DNA of 32,362 nt, taken from positions 1 through 32,362 of the IMG/VR virus record IMGVR_UViG_3300037722_001039; one strand, given 5' to 3'. Position 1 is the stretch's first letter. Every line of letters starts with the position of its first letter. The position numbers and the translations under genes were made by a program. This stretch comes from a virus. Lineage: Duplodnaviria > Caudoviricetes. The notes beneath the pieces were generated by a model. It made no database searches, was not told the origin of the DNA, and saw only the letters and a list, made by a program, of their open reading frames with translations. This document shows positions 8,852-18,569 of this stretch, in pieces.

Positions 8852-9784
8852 TTACAGAGAGTCTATCCTCCAGCCTCGACTCTGAACAAGTGCAGTCGGG
8901 TTCTGCAGATGCAGGACCGCGTCCAGGTTGACGTTGTTGATGATGAAGTTGCCGACCTGTCCGGAGTAACGCCCACGGACGCCCACGGAAGTGAGAAGCG
9001 TCAGATCACGGCGCTCCCCCCAACGCGCAAAGAACATGGATGAGCAATTGCTGTCTCCGCCCACGGATTCCGTGAACGGCAGCAGCGTATCGCCGTCCTC
9101 CTGATAACCGGCTCCGCGCACGATGACGGTTCCCAGGCGATCTATGACATTGCCGAGCTCGTCTTTGCTCTGGCTGTAATAGCCGAGGTTCTTGCCGATG
9201 GTCAACCAGCGAATCTTCAGATATTCGTTCATGTAGACGTGAGTCGCGCCACCTCGCACCCTGGCTGCATGCTGCATGAACTTCTCGACCGCCAGCTGCT
9301 GTGCCCTTACCAGGTCATCCGAGTTACCGGCAGGCATAAGGAGGCCGTCGGTCAGGATCCAATTCGAATCGACCAGGTTCCTCATGCCGTCGAAATCCTC
9401 CGCATCGGCAGCATCGTCACCCTCGAATAACATTTCCTGAAGCGCCCAGGAGCTATCCATCGCCTGCTGTAGCGTCTCTTGTGCCAGTTCGGTTTCCACA
9501 TCTTCGTTACGGTCTTCATAGACCACGTCGACCTTGGCGTCGAAGCTGATTATCTTCTTCGTGACCGGCGAGTAGGTCCTGGTCGGAGGCGTTGCAGAGT
9601 TATCCTCATTCACGCTTCTGGTTATCTTCGTTTTCGCACTGTCGGTCTTCGCGTTTTTTACGGAATCCGCGTTCCCGTCCCTGGTATAGAACTGCGCATC
9701 CTGAAGGATCGGAGCGTGCGCTTCGAGACCCTCGAGGGCCAGCTGGCTAACGGGATCGGATGGCGATGCTTGTCTCAAGAACAT
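8852..9784 (-). CDS. Major capsid protein (310 aa)
   Basis: Follows protease/scaffold; motifs LFEGD...FDGMRNL and SMFFARWGE; GAGG RBS. Confidence 0.82.
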   Translation of the reverse strand: MFLRQASPSDPVSQLALEGLEAHAPILQDAQFYTRDGNADSVKNAKTDSAKTKITRSVNEDNSATPPTRTYSPVTKKIISFDAKVDVVYEDRNEDVETELAQETLQQAMDSSWALQEMLFEGDDAADAEDFDGMRNLVDSNWILTDGLLMPAGNSDDLVRAQQLAVEKFMQHAARVRGGATHVYMNEYLKIRWLTIGKNLGYYSQSKDELGNVIDRLGTVIVRGAGYQEDGDTLLPFTESVGGDSNCSSMFFARWGERRDLTLLTSVGVRGRYSGQVGNFIINNVNLDAVLHLQNPTALVQSRGWRIDSL

Positions 9785-9841
9785 TTTGGTATCCTCATAC
9801 TAAGGTTAATTCATCTCTAGATCGCCCGTTCCGGACCAAAA

Positions 9842-10351
9842 CTATGCAACCGCCCTCTGACTACGGATATAGTCCGCGCATGACTGGAGTCGGTTCACAC
9901 CGACATCGCCACCGGCTTTCCGATCTTCATCTATGGGCATACGACCCGGCCGCACCGCATTGACTTTTCTGGCATCGACAATCTTCTTGGTTCCCTCGTA
10001 GTCATTGCGGGCCGCGTTCATATACACATCCTTCTCAGCGGCCGTAATCTTCCAGGAAGAAACTGCGCTGTTTACCAGCGCCTCAACCTTCTCGTCTTTC
10101 GATTTGTTGTCCCCGTCATCAAGACGCTTCTGAATAGCATCCAGACGACTTATCACTGAGTTGAGGACGGCTGACTCTTCGGGTTTCACATTCTTATCTG
10201 CGTCATCTTTTTCGTCATCCTTCTCAACCGAAGAATCATTCGCATGATCGTTCATCGCCTTCACTGCATCATCCAGCTTCTTTTCCACTTCATCGTCGGT
10301 GGCCGTGGCTGCGAGTCCGAGCTTTTTCTTGAGTTCTTCCGAATATTTCAT
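9842..10351 (-). CDS. Scaffold protein (Mu Z-like) from an internal in-frame start
   Basis: AGGAGGATGAG-ATG at 10351; MKYSEELKKKLGLAATATDDEV. Confidence 0.7.
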   Translation of the reverse strand: MKYSEELKKKLGLAATATDDEVEKKLDDAVKAMNDHANDSSVEKDDEKDDADKNVKPEESAVLNSVISRLDAIQKRLDDGDNKSKDEKVEALVNSAVSSWKITAAEKDVYMNAARNDYEGTKKIVDARKVNAVRPGRMPIDEDRKAGGDVGVNRLQSCADYIRSQRAVA

Positions 10352-10903
10352 CTCATCCTCCTGGACAGTTTTTTGATTTCTGATGTGCTGGATCTCTCGA
10401 ACCATGTAAGGCCGGTTGGTTATCGCGACCGAGTCTATTACGGCTCCGACACGATTACCCTGCTTGTCTTTCGCCTGGAGATTGTATACAGGCGAAAAGT
10501 ACCGGTATTCCCTGGCGTCGACGGCGTTCTTCGCAACGGGCGTGAACTCCGGATACTTCATATAGAGCCCATCATCACGCACCTGAACCTCCGGAGACCA
10601 TCCCGCCGCCTTTGTTTCACCCCATAGCGAACCGTGCTCGTAATCCACCAGGAGGTCAGTGCCGCGGCTTTGGAAATTATTGTACATGGACTGCACATCT
10701 GCCAAAGTAATCTCATGCGCACCATACGGGTGCTCAGGAAAGGAGCCGATCGGAATAATCTTCGTAAACTCATCGTCCGTCTTTATGTCGACCGCGTTGA
10801 AGAAGAAACCCTTCGGCAGCCGTTTATCGGACAGGGCGGACGAACGATTCAAAAAGAATCTTGATTTTGTAAAGAATCGGATTATTTTATCAAGTGAATT
10901 CAC
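9842..10903 (-). CDS. Mu I-like prohead protease with C-terminal scaffold
   Basis: DLLVDYEH, AAGW, EYRYFSPV and AITNRPY motifs; likely GTG start at 10903 after GGGAG (the 11116 start overlaps the portal). Confidence 0.9.
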   Translation of the reverse strand: MNSLDKIIRFFTKSRFFLNRSSALSDKRLPKGFFFNAVDIKTDDEFTKIIPIGSFPEHPYGAHEITLADVQSMYNNFQSRGTDLLVDYEHGSLWGETKAAGWSPEVQVRDDGLYMKYPEFTPVAKNAVDAREYRYFSPVYNLQAKDKQGNRVGAVIDSVAITNRPYMVREIQHIRNQKTVQEDEMKYSEELKKKLGLAATATDDEVEKKLDDAVKAMNDHANDSSVEKDDEKDDADKNVKPEESAVLNSVISRLDAIQKRLDDGDNKSKDEKVEALVNSAVSSWKITAAEKDVYMNAARNDYEGTKKIVDARKVNAVRPGRMPIDEDRKAGGDVGVNRLQSCADYIRSQRAVA

Positions 10904-11066
10904 GCGGCTCTCCCGGCCTGATGGTTTTTTTACGCCCCCAAAATAACACAAGAAACCCAACCTGCAAAGAAGAGCGATTCCAATAATATTATTGGAGTTG
11001 TTCCGCTTAGAGCCTGCACCCAAATCTGTTATCTTTAGCGCAACGTAACTAACCGGGTGCTGCCAA

Positions 11067-12203
11067 ATGGCTTTGAATGTGGACAGACGGATCGGAATAC
11101 CGACCGTCAAATTCAACCCAAACTTCTATAAAACGGCCTACACAAACTATCGCCAGGGCATCTATCGAGAAGTCATCGAGATGATGAACAGATCGGAAGT
11201 GGACAGCCATGTCGCCGGTTGCCTGGTCGGTCGCAAGGCTGGATTTCAAAAGCAATGGGTCATCGAACCTTATTCGGATGAACCAGGAGATAGAGACCGG
11301 TCCGAATGGATTAAGGGCATTATAAAGAACCTTGACCACCGGAGCCTCTTCAAAGACATCCACCAGGCCCGCCTGAAGAAATTCAGCGTCATAGACTTTG
11401 AGTGGGATATAGTAGACGGGAAACAAGTCCCGGTGTCACACCAGTCGTATGATCAGAAATATTTTCGCTACGACCTCCGGGGAGACGGAAAGCTCAAAAT
11501 TGACCACGGAAAAAATCTAGAGGAGATTCCACCCGAGGCCCTAGTGTGCGAAACGAAGGAGATGCCGATACTTTTCCCGGTCCTGCGCGACTTTATATTG
11601 AAAGACTTCGGTCTCGAGTCGTGGGCTGCTTTCATAGAAACGTTCGGGGAAGGCATCATCATGGGAAACTACCCGCCCGGCTCCAGCACTGACACCAAAA
11701 CCGAATTGCAGGCTGCCGTCGACGCCATCGCCAGGAGCTCGCGCGGCATCAAACCTGACGGCACCAAGATTGAGATTATCGAGACTACCCGTACGACCGG
11801 CGATCACGACCGTTTTGTGGCCACATCCGATAAGGGTATAAGCATTACAATATTGGGTCACGCGAATGCCGTAGAAGCATCAAAGGGGTTGCAGGTGGGT
11901 GAGAATAACACCCAGTACAACGTAAAGCTAGAGATCGCAGTCGACGATATGTACTTCATCGATTCGTACATGCAGCTTCTCATTCGCTTAATACAGCAAA
12001 GAAATTACGGCGATAACCGTTACCCTGTCTTCTCGTTGGACAAATCAGAACCGCTGAACCGCAAGGAACATGCTGACCTGGTGGACATGTTCTGGCGTCA
12101 TGGCGGCACCGTAAGCCCGGACGAATACCGTAAGCTCGGGCTGGACGTCGACGAAAATCAAGAGCCTATAATCAAGCCGCAGGGCTTAGGATTGCTCGAC
12201 TGA
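11067..12203 (+). CDS. Portal protein (DUF935 / Mu gp29-like)
   Basis: DSHVAGCLVGRK, WAAFIETFG, ISITILGH motifs. Confidence 0.88.
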   Translation: MALNVDRRIGIPTVKFNPNFYKTAYTNYRQGIYREVIEMMNRSEVDSHVAGCLVGRKAGFQKQWVIEPYSDEPGDRDRSEWIKGIIKNLDHRSLFKDIHQARLKKFSVIDFEWDIVDGKQVPVSHQSYDQKYFRYDLRGDGKLKIDHGKNLEEIPPEALVCETKEMPILFPVLRDFILKDFGLESWAAFIETFGEGIIMGNYPPGSSTDTKTELQAAVDAIARSSRGIKPDGTKIEIIETTRTTGDHDRFVATSDKGISITILGHANAVEASKGLQVGENNTQYNVKLEIAVDDMYFIDSYMQLLIRLIQQRNYGDNRYPVFSLDKSEPLNRKEHADLVDMFWRHGGTVSPDEYRKLGLDVDENQEPIIKPQGLGLLD

Positions 12204-12688
12204 TGAAAGTCTACCCGGAAAGCTTCAAGAATGAGTGTAAGCTCATGTTCGTCGAACGTGAACTGAGCGCGCACGCCATCTCGATACAGAATGGTGGTAA
12301 ACCGTCAGTCCAAACGGTTCTGAACTGGGCGGAAAAGAAGGATAAGAGCGGCAAGAGCTGGAATGACTACCGACAGGAACGTATCGACCAGATGTACCTG
12401 GAAATGTCGCCACAGAACATGGCTAACCAGATCTTAAAACGCATATGGGATCTTCTTAACGGACCTTGGACGACATCAAAGGAGGCCGACCAGCTGGTCA
12501 AGCTGCAGTCCAGCATGGAGAAACTGACGAAGCCGGAGCTTCAGATTCCGGTCATGTATCAGATGCTCATGGACTTCGTCCTGTACTGCAAGAAGAACGA
12601 ACCGTCGATCGTAGATGACAAACTTCTTCAAGCAGTGCAGGGATTCAAAAACCACATCCGTGCACGACTCATTAACGACTTCAGCTAA
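12203..12688 (+). CDS. Putative terminase small subunit
   Basis: N-terminal HTH-like region (SVQTVLNWAEK...W), helical; upstream of the large terminase. Confidence 0.65.
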   Translation: MKVYPESFKNECKLMFVERELSAHAISIQNGGKPSVQTVLNWAEKKDKSGKSWNDYRQERIDQMYLEMSPQNMANQILKRIWDLLNGPWTTSKEADQLVKLQSSMEKLTKPELQIPVMYQMLMDFVLYCKKNEPSIVDDKLLQAVQGFKNHIRARLINDFS

Positions 12689-12689
12689 G

Positions 12690-12767
12690 ATGCCGGTCAT
12701 CGTTTTGATAATTGTTTTTGTCATCGCCTGGATAATCAGCAAGTGGATATTCCGTGGAAAGCATTAA
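12690..12767 (+). CDS. Putative 25-aa single-TM peptide
   Basis: MPVIVLIIVFVIAWIISKWIFRGKH*, starting 1 nt after the upstream stop. Confidence 0.45.
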   Translation: MPVIVLIIVFVIAWIISKWIFRGKH

Positions 12768-12890
12768 AAACGGGGTTTCAGACACCCCCATAGAATCGCG
12801 TTTCAACGCCGGAATGCCGTTCGGGAGCCGTTCGGAACGCCGAGCCGCTGTAACTGGATGCTCAGCCGTCCGGATGGGTATTTTATAGCC

Positions 12891-14405
12891 ATGGCAGAAA
12901 AACGCAAATTCGAACAGATGGATCAACAGTTCGAGCACTTCCTGGACTCTGTGCGCTTCGAATTCGTCGAAACGGAATTTACACCGGAAAAGAAGGTAGA
13001 CCGCCGCAAGCGTGCCGACGCCGACGACCTGGAGTTCTGCGGTACATACTTCCGTAGTATCTTCCACCTGCCATTCAATGAGCTGCATAGAAGGACGGCG
13101 AATCTTGGACCCGGAAAGTACACGAGATCAGGATTCCGTAAATCCGGCAAATCAGCCTTCGTCTATATCTCTTACATCGTTAAGGCACTTGCCCAGGGTA
13201 TAGGCGGCGTATTAGTGATAAACTGCCAGACTGACGACATCAGCCTGGAGCGTACGGCGGCCATCCTGCGCCTCATAAAAAAAAACCCTCTTCTCATGTA
13301 CGACTATCGTATCGAGATTCAGCAGGACCTGAAAGGAAATTACATCGTAAATAACACCAGACTGGTAAACGGGTCGGTGCGCCAAGGTATGCGCAGCATA
13401 ACGGACGATGAATTTATACGGGTGCGCAGAGCCGTAAATGACGACCTGTACGACAAGACCAACGTCACGTCAAAAAACTGGACTGAGCGTGTCGTGGATT
13501 TCATCGAGTATGAAGTATCCGGACAGATGGAGGATGACGGCATAAGCGTCACGCTCTGCAACGCAACGGCAGAAGAAGCGCCTGTCGTTACGTTGAGAAA
13601 TAAAAATCCCAAAAATCATTTCGGCCTTCCTGCGCTCGATGAAAACGGTGAAAGCACCTGGCCGGAATACCGGACGACAGAAAGGTGGCGAGAATTCAAG
13701 CAGGACCTGCCCTGGGATGTCTGGGCTGGCGACTATATGGATGAGCCTGCCGTCAAGGGCGACGTCATGGACCCGGAGTGGCTGCGCAGTATAAACACGA
13801 ACCTGGTCAAGATTATCGCATCGATAACCGCAATCGATCCGGCACACGGAACCTCACCCAGCGCATGCGACAAGGGCCTGGCGACGGTCGGCGCTACAGA
13901 CAAGAACGAAGTGGTCGTACTGGACATGTACATACGCAAGGAAGGATATTTCCAGGTCTTCGACTACGTCGATGCGCTACGATCCAGAGTGCCCTTCTGG
14001 AAAGTCCTTCTGTTCGAAAACGACTTCAACCAGTGGGGTTTTGCAGCCCCCTATTACACCGACTGGATGCTGAAGCGAAAAAAGACACTGCCGATAGCAA
14101 TGCACAACGCCAAAGACCTGGTCACCGAGCACCGAGGCGCCGATAAGGAAAGCCGGCTTCTTACCCTGGTGCATCCGCACCAGACCTCGATGATATACTA
14201 CGCCATGCAAATTATGGATACGCCGGATTTCCGGAAGTTCCGGGCGCAGTATCTCTCACTCGGCAAAGCCCAGGGGAAGCTCGACGGACTCGACGCGCTG
14301 GCGACGGCCTATATCATGATCTGGGCCTACATCGAGACGGGCATATTCATACCGATTAAACAGAGGGTATTCAGCAAATTGGACTGGTTTAGAAAGGCCC
14401 GATAA
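12891..14405 (+). CDS. Terminase large subunit
   Basis: Walker A-like GFRKSGKS; nuclease motifs AIDPA...D and LDGLDALA; start probably MAEKRK at 12891. Confidence 0.88.
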   Translation: MAEKRKFEQMDQQFEHFLDSVRFEFVETEFTPEKKVDRRKRADADDLEFCGTYFRSIFHLPFNELHRRTANLGPGKYTRSGFRKSGKSAFVYISYIVKALAQGIGGVLVINCQTDDISLERTAAILRLIKKNPLLMYDYRIEIQQDLKGNYIVNNTRLVNGSVRQGMRSITDDEFIRVRRAVNDDLYDKTNVTSKNWTERVVDFIEYEVSGQMEDDGISVTLCNATAEEAPVVTLRNKNPKNHFGLPALDENGESTWPEYRTTERWREFKQDLPWDVWAGDYMDEPAVKGDVMDPEWLRSINTNLVKIIASITAIDPAHGTSPSACDKGLATVGATDKNEVVVLDMYIRKEGYFQVFDYVDALRSRVPFWKVLLFENDFNQWGFAAPYYTDWMLKRKKTLPIAMHNAKDLVTEHRGADKESRLLTLVHPHQTSMIYYAMQIMDTPDFRKFRAQYLSLGKAQGKLDGLDALATAYIMIWAYIETGIFIPIKQRVFSKLDWFRKAR

Positions 14406-14409
14406 GCAA

Positions 14410-14889
14410 ATGGCAGAATTCGAAGATGTCAATAAAGTCCTCGCCGGACTGCTCGACAACCTGCAAACTCAGGCCCAAATGAATAAACTTGGGCTCGCCG
14501 TCATTCGCCGCGTCCAGACCCGCACCCGCAAGGGTGTCGACGTCGAAGGCCGCCCGTTCAAGCCATACTCGGACGCCTATGCAGAAAAACGGGAAAAGGC
14601 CGGACTGCCTACGCATGTGGTCAATCTAACGTTCAACGACATCGACGGCATGATGCACAAGATGGACCACGTCGTGTTTAAAAACTTCTCAGGCGTAGAA
14701 GTGGATATACTCGACCCGGAAAAGCGCAAAATAGCCGCCTACCACGACAGTGAGGGCGTCGGCAAGTCCGGCGCAAACATCCGCCATTTCTTCGGTCTGA
14801 ACGACCAGGACGAATCCGACATCGGGGAGATAGTCGCCACCGATATCAATGACATCCTCACGGATTTAACTAAGGGACTTGATACATGA
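14410..14889 (+). CDS. Virion morphogenesis / tail completion protein (Mu gpG-like)
   Basis: GVDVEGRPFKPYSDAYAEKR, AAYH and RHFFGL motifs. Confidence 0.8.
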   Translation: MAEFEDVNKVLAGLLDNLQTQAQMNKLGLAVIRRVQTRTRKGVDVEGRPFKPYSDAYAEKREKAGLPTHVVNLTFNDIDGMMHKMDHVVFKNFSGVEVDILDPEKRKIAAYHDSEGVGKSGANIRHFFGLNDQDESDIGEIVATDINDILTDLTKGLDT

Positions 14890-15185
14890 AAATAATGGGA
14901 GGGCGACGCTCCTGCAGAGCCGCCACACTGATTGGAGCGCTTGCAGCCGTGTCACTGCAGGCACAGACAACGCACAGTCTGTATCCGGCCAAAGGCGATA
15001 GCGCTATCCACCGTGGCCGCGTGGCTGCGGATACAAATGCAGTGCATGTCTTCTACAAAACCATCCGTGTTAAAATCATCAGGGGAGTCAATGACACGAC
15101 GATCGTATTTCCCGGACCGGTGACTTTTGAAGGTGAGGTGAGCGGTATCTCCGGCGAGTCCGTCAGCCAGGAGCAAATCGCATGA
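14886..15185 (+). pseudogene. N-terminal fragment of an exported protein, cut at the methylase start
   Basis: Signal-like ATLIGALAAVSLQA|QTTH; stops on the ATGA of the methylase; same frame as the LamG fragment at 16188-16706. Confidence 0.6.
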
Positions 15186-16060
15186 AAATATCCACTCTCT
15201 CGAGCACTGCAGCCAACGGCAGGACCGGAGCAAAACCATTTGTGAAGTGGGTCGGTGGTAAGACGCAGCTGCTGTCGCAACTTCGGCAATTTTATCCGCT
15301 CAACTTCAAGCGGTATTTTGAACCCTTTTTGGGTGGTGGCGCCGTCTTCTTTGACGTCAGACCTAAAAGGGCATCTTTGAATGACATTAACACAACTCTC
15401 ATTGCGGTATATCAGCATGTACAAGTGGATCCGGCTGAACTGGTAAAGCGACTGCGACGCCTGCAAAACAACTACAGTAAGCAGTCAGAGAGCGAAAGAA
15501 GCGGGTTCTATTACGAAATACGGGATAAATACAACAGACTAAACGACGGCTCGCTTGATAAAACCGCGCATCTTATATTCCTGAACAAAACAGGGTATAA
15601 CGGACTGTATCGTGAGAGTTCCAGCGGTGGGTTCAATGTGCCTTTTGGCAAGTACAATAATCCAGCTATCCTTGACGAATCAAATCTGTTTGCGGTTGCG
15701 GCCGCCCTCGATGGAGTTAAGCTGACATCCTTACCTTTTGAAGAAGCGATCGCGGAAGCGAAACGAGGGGACTTTATATACTTTGACCCGCCATACTATC
15801 CTCTCAACGGCACAGCCAAGTTCACCAATTACCACGAGAAAAATTTCCTCGAGGACGAGCAAATAAAACTGCGGGATGTCTTTGCTGAACTGGATCAACG
15901 GGGCTGCCTGGTGATGATGAGCAATTCCTATACTGATTTCATCAGCAAGCTTTATCGGGGTTTCAACAAGAACACCGTGCTCGCGAGCCGGGCCGTCAAC
16001 TGCAAGGCAGATGGTCGGGGGAAAATAAAAGAGTATGTCATCACTAACTACGAGGTATGA
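15182..16060 (+). CDS. Dam-family (D12 class) N6-adenine DNA methyltransferase
   Basis: PFVKWVGGKTQL, YFEPFLGGGAVF, LNDIN, GFNVPFG and YFDPPY motifs; specificity not determinable. Confidence 0.95.
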   Translation: MKISTLSSTAANGRTGAKPFVKWVGGKTQLLSQLRQFYPLNFKRYFEPFLGGGAVFFDVRPKRASLNDINTTLIAVYQHVQVDPAELVKRLRRLQNNYSKQSESERSGFYYEIRDKYNRLNDGSLDKTAHLIFLNKTGYNGLYRESSSGGFNVPFGKYNNPAILDESNLFAVAAALDGVKLTSLPFEEAIAEAKRGDFIYFDPPYYPLNGTAKFTNYHEKNFLEDEQIKLRDVFAELDQRGCLVMMSNSYTDFISKLYRGFNKNTVLASRAVNCKADGRGKIKEYVITNYEV

Positions 16061-16200
16061 GCAAGATATTTGAACTGTGGGACAAGGTATTTGCAGCAAA
16101 GCAATTTGATATCAGCCAGGAGCTGCATTTCATAACAGCCAAGGAAATCAAAACCCTATCCGGCGCCGAGCCCAGAATAATGGCGAAAATGGGGTTATAA
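16057..16200 (+). pseudogene. Truncated 5' end of a probable type II restriction endonuclease
   Basis: ATGA-coupled to the methylase; MSKIFELWDKVF...FITAKEIK...EPRIMAKM resembles from memory the N-termini (W..F...ITA..IK...EPRLMAK) of methylase-linked endonucleases; stops after 47 aa. Confidence 0.6.
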
Positions 16201-16706
16201 CGTTCTCTGACATAATTGATTTATCCGGCGACACATTCACAATTATGGTATGTGCAAATTTGGAAAGTGATGGCGAAGGGGATTTCGGGAGACTGGTCAA
16301 CAAGTTTGAAGGCGGTAGCTGGGGTTACTTATTTGCTGCAAATGCATCAGATGACCTAAGATATATCGGTGAAACTGATGTAAATAGTGATGATAGTATA
16401 TTGGATTACGGTACGTGGCACCACTTCGCCATCACAGCAAACTCGGGAACCGTAATATTCTACAGAGATGCGGTTGAAATCGGTGGAGGAACAATTGCGG
16501 ATAACCCAGTCACGAATAATAACGTTCTAAGTATAGGAAATAATCAAACGTTAAACAGAACGGCTGACGGGATACTCGATAACATTAGGATATGGCAAAC
16601 AGATGCCTTGACACAGGAAGAAATCGAGGAATATTATCTCTTGGATTTTGGAATTGATTCTGGCGGTGAAACCGGGCCTAAGCGTAGGAGGATAACAACC
16701 CAATGA
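16188..16706 (+). pseudogene. C-terminal LamG/concanavalin-A-like domain fragment with Arg-rich tail
   Basis: WHHFAIT...VIFYRDA...LSIGN...GILDNIRIW...LTQEEI; LamG-like sequence continues upstream of ATG 16245 (NGVITFSDIIDLSGDTFTI); no clear RBS. Confidence 0.75.
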
Positions 16707-17374
16707 GCACACGCAGAATCTACACCATAAGCGTCACCGAGGATAACCAGTTCTTCGCGTATTCCGTACTCGCCAGCCTGGAGTACTCCCTGGCTCCGAC
16801 CGTCGCAATCCTCAGTGTTATAGGTGATGCCATTGTAAACCTGCATCCGGATAACCCTCCAACCAACGAAGGATTCACGATCATCGTCGGCAGCGCCGGG
16901 CAGGTGCCGAGCGTTTCAGAGCCGATACCGGTAACCATCGAGATAATCAGCAACGATATCAGCTGCGAGGAAGACGATACCGAGCTCCTGACGCCGGAGT
17001 ATGTCAAGTGCAACCTGCCGAACTGGGAGCTCTACTGTGGAATCTCCACGGAGTTCAGCGCCGACGAACTCCTGCAGAAAGCTATCGACCTGGCGGAATC
17101 CGAGTTCCTGAACTTCATTACGGTTACGTCGGACGACATGACGGATCCGCTGCGCCGGCATCTGTTCAACATCGCAGCCTACAACTGCTTTATGTACAAG
17201 CACGGCGATACCGAGTTCAAAGAGAAACCGCAGATCATCATGCGTTATCTCAATACCAAAAAACTGCTCGAGGGCGGACTTATCAGTACCGGCAATATCA
17301 GCATCACCGCCAAGGACCGACTCTTCGACGAAGGGTTCACCAAGAACGACGAACTGTGGTACGAGGTCAACTGA
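16703..17374 (+). CDS. Head-tail adaptor (Mu gp36/DUF1320-like) with an extra N-terminal domain
   Basis: LLQKAIDLAESEF...LRRHLFNIAAYN in the C-terminal part; precedes the gp37-like gene. Confidence 0.65.
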   Translation: MSTRRIYTISVTEDNQFFAYSVLASLEYSLAPTVAILSVIGDAIVNLHPDNPPTNEGFTIIVGSAGQVPSVSEPIPVTIEIISNDISCEEDDTELLTPEYVKCNLPNWELYCGISTEFSADELLQKAIDLAESEFLNFITVTSDDMTDPLRRHLFNIAAYNCFMYKHGDTEFKEKPQIIMRYLNTKKLLEGGLISTGNISITAKDRLFDEGFTKNDELWYEVN

Positions 17375-17375
17375 C

Positions 17376-17807
17376 ATGTACACATGCCAGCAAGCACTCA
17401 TCAATCATCTGTCGGTGCACTTTCCAACCTCACAGGTTAAGGAGATAGAAGCCTACGCCGGGCAGCTGCGCGACAATGCCAGAAAGGTGACCAATGCTCT
17501 GCCCTGCGTCCTGGTCATGTATATCGACGGACGCCCGGCAGCCCAGGAGAAATTCCACCAGATGGACCTGCTGGTCGTAACCGAGAGTCAGGTCCTCGAC
17601 AAGGTCACCCATAAGAACGCGAATATGGCGCTCAGCTCGGAGGTCATCGACTACCTGGCCGACCGGCACCTATTCACCGCGCCAGGCCTGTCCGGAACCT
17701 ACGAGATAAGCCGCGAACAGATGGACGCCCGCACCATCCTCATAACCGATCGCTTCACGATCATCGCAATAAGCCTTTACATCTACGACAGGAGAAAACG
17801 CACATGA
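17376..17807 (+). CDS. Tail terminator-like protein (Mu gp37/DUF1834-like)
   Basis: IEAYAGQL...LPCVLVMY motif; follows the gp36-like gene. Confidence 0.7.
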   Translation: MYTCQQALINHLSVHFPTSQVKEIEAYAGQLRDNARKVTNALPCVLVMYIDGRPAAQEKFHQMDLLVVTESQVLDKVTHKNANMALSSEVIDYLADRHLFTAPGLSGTYEISREQMDARTILITDRFTIIAISLYIYDRRKRT

Positions 17808-18568
17808 GAATTATAAGCCATTCAATTCTTATTGTGGCTCTACTTGCATCTGCACTCGGCGCACAGAACAAAAAAATCGGTACTGATTCACTCCGTGTGA
17901 ACAGATATCTTGTGATAAAAACTGCAAGCGGAGATACAAATGCAGTTTTCGACTCGGGCGGCGGGGAAATAGATACATTGCGCATTAACAGGTACACAAT
18001 CGTAACAGACGAAAATGGTAATCCGACAATGTTATCCGCTCATAACGGACTACACTTCTACAATCGCCCGATATGGGTTCCGGCTGCTGCCATGATGAAA
18101 CCTGACTCAGGGAGTACCGCAAGCGAAAAGGGCGCTATTCTCGATACGCTCAATGGTACTTCAGGGCAAGCAATCGAAGAAGTTCTAAGATTCTCAGATG
18201 AATCCGGGGGATATAATAGGGCCTATTTCACTATCTGGCTGCCCCCTCAATTCGTTGAGATCGATTCGATTGAATTATATCTGTACCACGAAGAAACTGA
18301 CGGGGATAGTACGGAATTCGCGTTGGCATATGATGCCTGGAACGTCGGGGATGAGATAATAAATTCTGTTCCAAGCGCCACGAACACGCTGGGGTGGCGG
18401 ATGGGAACGACTGCCAATACATTGGAAAGAATAAAACTTGGGGAACCTCAAAGTTGGAGTCCGAGTCCAAATAGTCTTCTTCTTATCCAAATCGTACGTG
18501 AGGATCCGGCATCTGAGGCAGAGGATGCCGATATCTATCTGGTTGGATTTAACCTCATTTGGCACTGA
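17804..18568 (+). CDS. Exported beta-rich protein (fibre/adhesin-like)
   Basis: MRIISHSILIVALLASALGA|QNKK; internal repeat TDSLRVNRYLV / IDTLRINRYTI. Confidence 0.7.
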   Translation: MRIISHSILIVALLASALGAQNKKIGTDSLRVNRYLVIKTASGDTNAVFDSGGGEIDTLRINRYTIVTDENGNPTMLSAHNGLHFYNRPIWVPAAAMMKPDSGSTASEKGAILDTLNGTSGQAIEEVLRFSDESGGYNRAYFTIWLPPQFVEIDSIELYLYHEETDGDSTEFALAYDAWNVGDEIINSVPSATNTLGWRMGTTANTLERIKLGEPQSWSPSPNSLLLIQIVREDPASEAEDADIYLVGFNLIWH

Positions 18569-18569
18569 T

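Noticed and set aside
10904-11116. N-terminal 71 aa of the 424-aa protease ORF
   Set aside because: Overlaps the divergent portal start and the promoter gap; GTG at 10903 has an RBS.
12810-12845. GCCGTTCGG short tandem repeat before the terminase
   Set aside because: Too short to interpret.
15182-16200. Intact restriction-modification system
   Set aside because: The partner gene stops after 47 codons.
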